Of a stretch of DNA of 64,000 bases, positions 51,131 to 61,255 are shown one piece after another (position 1 is the first letter of the stretch; each line of letters opens with the position of its first letter). A program made the translations under genes and the position numbers. The notes beneath the pieces are model-generated. The model saw nothing but the letters and a program-made list of their open reading frames with translations, was not told the DNA's origin and made no database searches. The stretch is from positions 79,112,001-79,176,000 of the forward strand of contig NC_042997.1 of assembly GCF_006345805.1 (NCBI RefSeq), written 5' to 3'. This DNA comes from Octopus sinensis. Taxonomy: Eukaryota.

Positions 51131-51682
51131 TCAGGTTGAGTAAAACATAAGCAACGTTTTGAACCATGAAGAATTTGTACTGGATTTTTGCAGAGATTTG
51201 AATATTTTTTTAAACATCTTTTTTTTGCAGATGTCTTATAATACAGACATAGACTTGCCCAATTGCATCAATAAATTCTTGTCAAAGCACAATATTCGAG
51301 CAATTTTGCTATTCAACTTCAAAAAAGGATGTAAAGTTGCTGAAACTGCTTGCAATATCAATGAAACATTTGGTGAGGAAATGACCAGTGAGTGGTCAGC
51401 TCAAAAATGATTTAAACAATTTTGCAGTGGAGGCGTGAGCCTTGAAGATCGTGCACGTAGTGTGGATGCCCATCTCTCATCGATGATGGCTAATTAAAGA
51501 CCATGATTGAGAAAGATCTTCATAAAACTACTTGAGAATTGGCAAAAGAACTTCAAGTTAGCCAGAAAACTGCCTGCAACCATTTGCATGCAATCAGAAA
51601 ATAAAAACAGCTCAACAAACAGGTACCACATGGTTTGAATGAAAATCAGAAAATGCGCAGTGATGAAATTTGCTCATCACTT
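51131..51682 (+). mobile_element. Mariner (cecropia/Hsmar1-like) 5' half
   Basis: TA|TCAGGTTGAG TIR start; IRAILLFNFKKGCKVAETACNINETFGE...F..F.SG..SLED..RSG, then KQVPH.LNENQK (WVPHEL equivalent). Confidence 0.85.
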
Positions 51683-51685
51683 GAT

Positions 51686-51955
51686 ATAGTTCTATATTTA
51701 AGAGATGAGGAATTATGTACATTATTTAGATTCGACGGATATTTGTCCTCATCTTGTTTGTTGTTAACACAATGTTTTGGCTAATACACCCTCCAGCCTT
51801 CATCAGGTGTCTTGGGAAAATTTTGAACCTGGGTTCTCATTCCTAAGGTATTTTTCGATGTTATCATTATTATTATTGTTCAGGTCACTGCTTGGAATCA
51901 AACTCGGAATCTTGGGGTTAATAGCCCGTACTCTTAACCACTACGCCATATGCCC
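51686..51955 (-). mobile_element. tRNA-headed SINE (family C) with Penelope-like/hammerhead-like 3' part
   Basis: Minus strand GGGCATATGGCGTAGTGGTTAAG (A box), GAGTTTGATTCC (B box), then CACCTGATGAAGGCTGGAGGGTGTATTAGCCAAAACATTG. Confidence 0.7.
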
Positions 51956-52238
51956 GTGGGCAATTATGGAGTGAATTGACGGATATTGGTCCTCTTCTTG
52001 ATGGATATTGGTCCTCTTCAGTAGAAGAATGGAACCAAGTTTGGGATGGACTTTTCCTTGAAGACCTGTAGAGGCTCAGTATGAGCATCAGCCATATCAA
52101 TTTACCAGTGTGGAAAAGATACCTTTAAAATCACAACAACCTTCCCAGTCTAATTTATAAAAAAAAAAATCTATTTCTAATTAAATCTAATGCATAATGA
52201 ATAGGGAGCAAAAACATATATAAAAATATGCAACAAAT

Positions 52239-52665
52239 AGGCGCAGGAGTGGCTGTGTGGTAAGTGACTTGTTTGCCAGCCAGATGGTTCCGGGTTCAGT
52301 CCCACTGTGTGGCACCTTGGGCAAGTGTCTTCTGCTGTAGCCTCGGGCCGACCAGGGCCTTGTGGATGGATTTGGTGGACAGAAGCTGAAGGAGTCCCGT
52401 TGTATATATGTATATATATATATATATGCGTGTGTGTGTTTGTGTGTCTGTGTTTGTCCCCCTAGCATTGCTTGGCAACTGATGCTGGTGTGTTTATGTC
52501 CCCGTTACTTAGCGGTTTGGCATAAGAGACCGATAGAATAAGTACTGGGCTTACAAAAGAATAAGTCCCAGGGTCTAGTTGCTAGATTAAAAAAAAAAAA
52601 AGGCGGTGCTCCAGCATGGCTGCAGTCAAAATGACTGAAACAAGTAAAAGAGTAAAAAAGAGTAA
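52239..52665 (+). mobile_element. SINE family B, young full-length copy
   Basis: AGGCGCAGGAGTGGCTGTGTGGTAAG...CCGGGTTCAGTCCC...GGCGGTGCTCCAGCATGGCTGCAGTCAAAATGACTGAAACAAGTAAAAGAGT. Confidence 0.9.
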
Positions 52666-53813
52666 ATATAATTAGTCCAAAAAAAAATGTCTATTGAAAT
52701 AATTCACAGTCTTTTTATTTGATTTAAATACAATATTTCTTCTTTTCCTGAAATTAAATTTGTAATTTTACATAAACACCAAAAAGAGAAAATCTCACAA
52801 AACTGTGTATATGCCCTTAATCTATGTTTAATCAGTAATAAAACCTACATGAATATATATATATATATATGTGTGTGCATAAATATGTACATACACCAAT
52901 TATAGGTCTTAATATGCATATATATAAAGACATATACACATATATATACATAGATATATCTACATATTCACATATATATAAATATGTGTGTGTGTGTGTG
53001 TGAGAGTGTGTGTGCGTGCATGCATGTGTGCACACATATATTCTGTATATGTATATGAATATATAGATATATATATAGTTATACAAAACAAGGTATAAAT
53101 AATAGACATTCCATATTTTTCTTGATATATATTTATATATACACATATACATATATCAATGCATTCAAATACATGCACACACACGAGTGTATGTGTGTGG
53201 GCATGTGTGTATACATGTATGCATACAGTGTATGTGTATGTATGCTAAGATTTGTATATTTATGCTCTTGTATAAAAGGGTATTCGTCAACTACATATAT
53301 GCACTTAAAGGCTTCATATAGCCAGCCCTGATTTGCCAATACACATTGAAAGATGATGAGCGACTCAGAAAAAGCTGGTTATGTGAAAACTTTTGGGCAG
53401 GAATCCTAGTTACAATATACACACATTAGACGCTACATGCATCTACTGCAACTGTCTAATGAACATTCAGATTTTTTTATCATATAACACAAGAAATTAA
53501 TATGCATGTATATATATATATATATATGCACTTATAGATACATACGTAAGTAGATGATCATAAATATTTGTAAAATGCTTTAATATATCCTTATATATTT
53601 AAAAAAAATTAGTTCAATATTCAACAGCTTTATTGAAGAATACGTTTTGAGCAATTAATGTGATCATAGCAAGGGTTTTCAGTTTCGGTAAAGCATGTTT
53701 TTAAAGTCAACTAATACATTATCAAAACGTTTTGTACAGCATAAAAATTATTGCAGCAGATATATCCAACAGAAAACCACATGTCCTGATTGCAATAGCA
53801 AATATAAATAAAT

Positions 53814-53903
53814 CTACACATCTAAATAATATATATACATATATATATGTGTATATATAAGTATAAAATGTATATAATATAAATATGTATATATAAGTAT
53901 AAA

Positions 53904-53958
<55 letters not shown>

Positions 53959-54605
53959 GTATGTATATATATGTATATAGATATGTATGTTATATATATA
54001 TATATGTATATATATATGTATGTATATCTATCATCATCATCATCATCATCATTTAACGTCATATATATATATGTATTATATATATATGTACGTATTATAT
54101 GTATAGATTATAATATGTATATATATATATGTATATACATATGTATATATATATATGTATATACATATGTATATATATATATGTATATATATATGTATAT
54201 ATATTTATATATATATGTATATATATATATGTATATACATATACATATATACATATATATATACATATACATATATATATATACATATATATATATACAT
54301 ATACATATATATATATACATATATATATATATACATATACATATATATATATATACATATATATATATACATATATATATATATGTATATATATAATGGA
54401 TACAGATCGTGTATCAATAGCTATATTGATGGCGGTGGCCTCATGGAGCTGACCAGCGGCAGCGATTATTCTTATATCTATAAGAATGCCATATTAATAT
54501 GGCGATAACAATTAATTTCCATTAAACGCAGCCGTAATCTCTTTTATAGAGACTTAGTAATTTTAATATTTCTAATATATGTATATATATATGTATATAT
54601 ATATG

Positions 54606-54640
<35 letters not shown>

Positions 54641-54806
54641 GTATATATATGTATGTATGTATATATATAACGGGAAGTTTTATGAAAATAAACAAAAGAA
54701 GAAGGCAGGTGGAAAACAAACGAACAATTGTATTAGTATGGCGCTCAGGAATATAAATAAAACGTCTTTAACGTTTCGAGCCTACGCTCTTCAACATATA
54801 TATATG

Positions 54807-54842
<36 letters not shown>

Positions 54843-54903
54843 TTATATATATAATATGTATATATATATATGTATATTATATAATATATGTTATATATAT
54901 ATG

Positions 54904-54934
<31 letters not shown>

Positions 54935-55056
54935 GTATATATATATNNNNNNNNNNNNNNNNNNNNNNNNNNNNNNNNNNNNNNNNNNNNNNNNNNNNNN
55001 NNNNNNNNNNNNNNNNNNNNNNNNNNNNNNNNNNNNNNNNNNNNNNTGTATATATA

Positions 55057-55087
<31 letters not shown>

Positions 55088-55108
55088 GTGTATATATATA
55101 TATGTGTG

Positions 55109-55144
<36 letters not shown>

Positions 55145-55259
55145 TGTATATTATATGTATATATGTATATATATATATATATATATAATATAATATGTAT
55201 ATAATATATGTATATAATATATATATGTATAATATATATGTATATATATATATGTATAT
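53814..55259. repeat. (TA)n/(TATG)n array with short non-TA islands
   Basis: Direct reading; islands at ~54395-54575 and ~54670-54795. Confidence 0.9.
54947..55046. other. Assembly gap (100 N)
   Basis: Run of exactly 100 N, typical of a scaffold gap of unknown size. Confidence 0.99.
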
Positions 55260-55385
55260 GATTTTGATTTTGATTTTTGATTTTGATTTTTCCAGTTTCA
55301 GCTAATGAGCTGTGGCCATGCTGGGGCACAGCCATTTGGTTTGCTACACGATTTTACCTCACGGATGCTTTTTAGCAAACGCCAT

Positions 55386-58288
55386 CTAATGCAAGAGAGA
55401 GGTTGATGCAGCTGCCCTCATCTGCACCTCCTGCCGTGAAGTTGGTTCATCCGGGACACCTGACAGGAAGAGATCCAGTCCTACTTTAAAGACATCCGTA
55501 TCTACACCATGCAGGTCCCTCAGGTTCTTCGGGAGGATATTGAAGAGCCGTGGGCCTCTGAAGCCCAGGCTATCACAATATCTTGTCCTACATCTTGATG
55601 GCAAATTTGGAGCCTTGGTACTACGCAGTAGGTCCGGGTTCTGGCATTTGTGTGACTCTCGATGCCAAAGTCTGGGACAAGACCTTCCAGGATCTTCCAG
55701 ATGTATATTATGGCATATCTTTCTCGCCTACGCTCCAGGGAATAGAGCTTTAATCTCTTGAGTCTTTCCCAGTGGCTCATATGCTGCACAGAGGCTATCT
55801 TCTTCGTGTAGCTTCGTTGGATCGCCTCAAGTTCTGTGATCAACTTGACACTGGATGGTGACCATAGCTGAGAGCAATAGTCAAAGTGGCTTAGGACAAG
55901 TGTCTTCCAGAGGACCATCATGGTTTCTTGTTCTCTTGTTCTAAAGGTTCTAAGAATCCATCCAGCCAGCCGTCTACATTTCATTGTCGTTTAGCAACAT
56001 GACATGAAAGGTCGCGTCATCACTCATGTGAATACCCAGGTCATTGTGATTGTGCCTCCGGATTGCAATCCCTCCGGGTCCAGTGTATTCATTGGGTATT
56101 GCATTCAGTTTTGCATGCTGATAGTGTAAAGCTTGAAACTTTTCAGCATTGAAACTGCATGCTATTCTTTTCAGCCCACTTGTATTTTCGTCCAGCTCAC
56201 ATTGCAGGTGCTTAGTGTCTTCAGGGTTCTGTATTGCCTGTGAAACTTTTGTATCATCTGCATAAACTTGTGATCGTGGCTCTCTGCGTGGCTGAAGGCA
56301 TGTCTGAGAGGGCCATTATGAACAGTAGTGGTCCCAAAACAGTGCCCTGCGAACACCGCTCACTATTTGCGTGTTAATGGAAGTGGCTGCTACCACCTGA
56401 CTTCTATTCTTCAGAAAGTCATGAACCATTCTCCCAGTTTTCCAACTATGGCCAAGATCACGCAGTTTGTGACATATCATTCCATGATCGACTTTATCGA
56501 AGGCCTTTGCAAAGTCGAGATATATGACTTCCACATTTGAGTGGTTGAGCAGTTGTTTCAGCACCGTCATATGTGTTGTAGGAACTGAGTTATGCAGCTT
56601 CTTCCTGGTCGGAAACCATGTTGGGTGTCGGGCAGCAAGTCATTTTTTCAAGGAAGGTGATTAGTTTCCTTCTACTATTCGTTCCATGACCTTGCTGATG
56701 TGTGAGGTGAGAGAGATAGGTCTGTAAGTTCTTGGCCTCCGCTCTGCTACCTCCTTTATGAATAGGGCATATTTTACCTTCCTTCGTTTTCTTGGAAGTT
56801 TGCCAGCTGCAAGGAAGCTCTGAAGAGGAACTGCAGTGGTCTTGCCAGGACTCTCTACATGCTTTTAGGAGGATTGCCGGAATCCATCGGGGCCATAGCT
56901 GAGTCTGTTTTCATTTCATCTATAGCCTTTATTACATCGTCTTCCTTTATATCGATGTAATTATCGTCGCCGCCTCTGATTTTATCTGCAGTGGTAAGAA
57001 GTCAGTTTGATTGCTGATTTGGAAATGCCCAGGGGTGGAGTGAAAACACTCTTGAATTGTTCATTCAGTATTTCACTTACCCTCATTGGTTTTCCTGTGA
57101 GTGTGCCATCCTTTTCAGGAGTGGCCCTATCCTACAGTGCACCGTAGCTGTTTCTTTGGCATACCTGTAGAAAGCTCTGGGTTAGTTTTTATGTTGTCTA
57201 TAGCCCAGGCTTCTTTTTGTCTGCTCTTTCCTTTTCATGGGAGAGTTGCAGACAATTTTCAATTTCCAACAGTTTTATTTTCAGGCGGGACTTTTCACTG
57301 CTTTCAATTTTTTGTTTAGGCGATTTGAATTTTTGTACGCCGTCATAAAAATTTTCCTCTCTCTGGGATTTTGTTCTTGTGTACAGTGGCCTTTCTCTCT
57401 GGGACATATTTGTAGCATATGGCTTGCATTACAGACATGAATTGTTGAAGTTTCATGTCGATGTCCGGCGAGGAGAGACATTCAGGCCATTTTTTGTTTG
57501 AGGATCTCTTTCTCAATTTGTTTCCAGTTTGCCTTATTGAAGTTCAAGTTGGAAAGATTCTGAGAGCTTCTTGTAGGCTGCATGTCCATGCTTTCCTTTG
57601 GCCCGTACATAGTCAGCTCTACCATGTTGTGATCCGAGAGTAGTGTTGGTGTCACTTTCACATTATGGATGAGATCCATATTATTTGTGAAGCAGAGGTC
57701 CAGTGTGTTACCTGCCCTGGTTGGTTGGAGTATTACTTGCTCCATGTACAGGGTGTTGATGAGGTTCAGGAGGGACCTCGCCTGTCCCCGTTCACATTGT
57801 GTCATTCCTGGGAGAGAAAGGCCCTCGGGCCATCTGACATTGGGCAGGTTGAAGTCTCCCATGAGAAGTACACTTATGTGCTGTTCTAGTGTGTCTAGAA
57901 CTTCTTCTATTTTTAAAAGGCAGTCTTCAAACTTGCCCATATGGCTTGGGGCATCTGGAGGGTGATATGTAGCACACACAACTACATCAAGTTGCCTTAT
58001 ATGTACAATTAGTGTGTCACACACCGAGTTTGAGTATGACAAAAGGACCTTGGGTGTGAGGTCCTCACGGATGTACATAGCAACTCCTCCATGACTCCTT
58101 TCTTTTCTGTCGGTCCGTAGTACAACATACAGTGGTATGTGTAATTCCGCATCCGCTACGTCCGGTTTCAGGTGTGTTTCCGTAAGTGCTATGCATAAGT
58201 CTTGATTGCATGCAACAAAGTCTCTCAAGAACGGGACTTTTGTCCTGTTACTGTGTGTTAGTAGTCCTCTGATGTTCAGTAGGAGCAT
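55386..58288 (-). pseudogene. CR1 ORF2 (APE endonuclease plus reverse transcriptase), frameshifted in this assembly
   Basis: MLLLNIRG...IALTETHL...RTDR...GGVAMYI...LLMGDFNLP...LDLCF...SDH (APE, 57482-58324); YLDFAKAFDKVDHG and LKLYSLERRRERY (RT/thumb); total ~2.9 kb. Confidence 0.9.
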
Positions 58289-58396
58289 CGAGGTGAGGTG
58301 TATGCTGTTGCCAGTGGTGTCCACCCTGGGTCCATCTGCTGTGGCGGTCTTGTGAACTGTGGGTAGTCCATCTGCGAGCTTGATTTGATGGAGCCG

Positions 58397-59161
58397 TTAG
58401 CTGCTGTACATCTTTTGTGCCATGCACAAAAAAGATTCTTGCTCAGCAGCTGCCCTTTCAACAACACGTTGGTGTTTTGTGGCATGCACCACATCTGCGT
58501 ACCTCCGTTTTGGGTCAGGTGATGCGTGGTCCATCCCATTTCCTTTCGGTGGTTGGTTTCTGCGGCAGGGTCCCGGATGTGCAAAACGGCAGCCTGCACC
58601 TTCCTCTCCATGCCGGCAGGCACCTCTCAGGTAGAACCTACATACCCGTGTGCGCTGCTTGTTTCCATCCTTTTTGGCATATGGATAGTTAGGTTTGCCT
58701 CTACCCCTGGCTGCCTTGCCCCTTGGCTTTGCCTGAGTTTTAGCTTCAGTTTTTCCTCCTTTTTTGGTTCTTTCATCTCCATGTCCATGGCTTTTGGTGC
58801 CGGTAGGAGCATCCGCACCTGGGTTCACCTCCCGGGCAGGCCTCTCACTGGAGTTTTCTTCCTGGGCGTCTACCAGGTGGGGGTGACCCTCCTCATCAGT
58901 GCCCGCGTCTCCATCCTTGCCATCTTTACTTTGTTCGCGTTTTTCACTGTCAAAGATGGCATCCAGCGTGTTAATGTGCGATCTGACAAGTGCGTAGGAG
59001 CGTATAAATTCTTGCTTCTTCCGCTCTATTTGAGCTGACGTCCTTTTGTATCCGCTGTTCTTCAGCGCAGCCGTAATTATGTTATTTGGATTTTCTCCGT
59101 CAGCGCATCGCCATCCTCGCAGGAGCAACGCCAGTTCGTCACGTTTCCAGGTTCTGGACAT
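58397..59161 (-). CDS. CR1 ORF1 protein: Myb/SANT-like N-terminus plus CCCH zinc finger
   Basis: 254-aa ATG ORF directly upstream of ORF2; W..DELALLL.GW...IITAALKNSGYKRTSAQIERKKQEF; VCRFYLRGACRHGEEGAGCRFAHP (C-x7-C-x8-C-x3-H). The true end may be 58276 if local indels are errors. Confidence 0.75.
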   Translation of the reverse strand: MSRTWKRDELALLLRGWRCADGENPNNIITAALKNSGYKRTSAQIERKKQEFIRSYALVRSHINTLDAIFDSEKREQSKDGKDGDAGTDEEGHPHLVDAQEENSSERPAREVNPGADAPTGTKSHGHGDERTKKGGKTEAKTQAKPRGKAARGRGKPNYPYAKKDGNKQRTRVCRFYLRGACRHGEEGAGCRFAHPGPCRRNQPPKGNGMDHASPDPKRRYADVVHATKHQRVVERAAAEQESFLCMAQKMYSS

Positions 59162-59229
59162 TCTTGATATTTTATCTATCTATCTATCTAATTATATTAA
59201 TTTATATTAGTCTAATAGTGCAATAGGGG

Positions 59230-60060
59230 GTAGGGAGGAAATAGAGAAAGAGAGAGAGAGAGAGCGTCTATGTACTTAAGGAGAGATTGGGAGCCAAAAG
59301 AAGAGAGTAAGAGAGAAGAGGAAGAGGAGAGACTGAGAGCTGAAGGAAGAGAGAGAAAGCGTCTATGTACTTAGAGAGAGATTGAGAACTGAGAGAGGAG
59401 AGTAAGATAGAAGAGAGTAATGAAGAGACAAGGAGAAGCGTGAGGGAGAGAACTGAAGAGACAGCGAGAGAGGGTAGAAATAGAGAAAGAATATATATAT
59501 CTGAAAGAGGAGAGTAAGATAGAAGAGAGTAATGAAGAGACAAGGAGAAGCGTGAGGGAGAGAACTGAAGAGACAGAGAGAGAAGGAAGAAATAGAGAAA
59601 GAATATATATATCTGTTCGCAGAAGAGGGAGAGAACTGAAGAGTCAGAGAGAGAAGGAAGAAATAGAGAAAGAATATATGTATCTGAAAGAGGAGAGTAA
59701 TGAAGAGACAAGGAGAAGCGTGAGGGAGAGAGCTGAAGAGACAGAGAGAGAGGGAAGAATTCTAAACGAAGCTAATTGTACACATACCAAACAGCTAAAT
59801 AAAGCACACACATATACATATGTATACATACATATACATAGAGAAAGAATATATATATCAGAAAGAGGAGAGTAATGAAGAGACAAGGAGAAGCATGAGG
59901 GAGAGAACTGAAGAGACAGAGAGAGAGGGAATAATTCTAAACGAAGCTAATTGTGCACACACAAACAGCTAAATAAAGCACACACATATACATATGTATA
60001 CATACATATACATACACATATATACACACGTGTGCACATACACATATATAAACAAAAGTA
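59230..60060. repeat. Polypurine (GA-rich) minisatellite with higher-order duplication
   Basis: Unit GAGAGTAATGAAGAGACAAGGAGAAGCGTGAGGGAGAGAACTGAAGAGACAG at ~59414, 59526, 59694 and 59869; 175-bp duplication 59694-59840 / 59869-60015. Confidence 0.9.
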
Positions 60061-60751
60061 ACAAATGAGTATATAAAGAAACAATAAAACAGCTAAAAGA
60101 AAACAAGCCAAGAGATTTTACAGAATTTAAACAGAGAAAAAGAGAAAAAGAAAATATATATTTGTCCGTCGCTACAGACAATGTCTTCTAAAATAAAACT
60201 AATTGCGACTATACTTCTAACACACACATATACATATACATACAAATATATACACACATGTGCGCATACACATATATAAACAGAGTAACAAATAATATAT
60301 ATAAAATAGATATAACGGAATTAACGGTAGGTTATTACGGGAATATAAACAAGAATTAACGATAGTTTATTACGGAAATATAAACAAAAATTAGAGTACT
60401 TATTTTATTAAAGGTATACGAAGAGGTTTTTTTTTTTTTTTCAAGGGAGAAAAGAAAAACGGTTCCTTTTGCTATTAGGGTCGACTGGAAATAAATTTAG
60501 AAGATTCCACCATGTGCTTTTTCGAAAGGAAGAAATCTTGTGCGTGTTGCGAGCACAAGTTAATAATACTTGACTTGTAGCAAAATATATTGCGGTTTTT
60601 AAACAAAATATCCAAGTACACGTCTATAAGGTAACAATTTCTACGTTTTTTTGTGAGTTTTTCGCAAAATTATTTTGTTGATTTATGCAAGCCTTCTTGT
60701 TTTTTTTATCGCAGAGCAAGACAACACGTGTTTACTCTACGAGCCGGAGTC

Positions 60752-60789
60752 ATATATATATATATATATATGTATATAATATAATATAG

Positions 60790-60844
<55 letters not shown>

Positions 60845-61255
60845 GTATATATATATAAATATGATATATATATCTATATATGGTAATATATATATATATG
60901 TATATATATATATGTTATATATATATGTATATATATATATGTATATAATATATGTATAATATATATATATGTATATATATATATATAGATTATATCTATA
61001 TTATATATGTATATATATATATATATATATGCATATATATATATATGTATATATATATAATATATATTATGCATATATATATATATTATGTATATATATA
61101 TAATATATATATATGTATATATATATCTATATATCTGATATATATATTGTATATATATTCGTGTTATATCTATATATATATAGTATATATATATCATGTA
61201 TATATATATATGTATATTTTATATATGTATATATATATATGTATAGTATATATGG
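60752..61255. repeat. (TA)n/(TATG)n array
   Basis: Direct reading. Confidence 0.95.

Larger units (their letters stand above)
55260..60751 (-). mobile_element. Apparently full-length CR1-clade LINE (~5.5 kb) inserted in (TA)n
   Basis: (AAAATC)n tail at 55260-55290; ORF2 (APE plus RT); ORF1; ~1.6 kb of non-TA 5' sequence ending abruptly at (TA)n at 60752. The 5' boundary is inferred. Confidence 0.85.

Noticed and set aside
54395-54575. CpG-rich island inside the TA array (possible Penelope RT fragment)
   Set aside because: Short, next to the gap and probably error-rich; no motif could be assigned with confidence.
59268-59886. Ser/Leu-rich and Glu/Arg-rich ORFs
   Set aside because: Translations of the GA-rich minisatellite.
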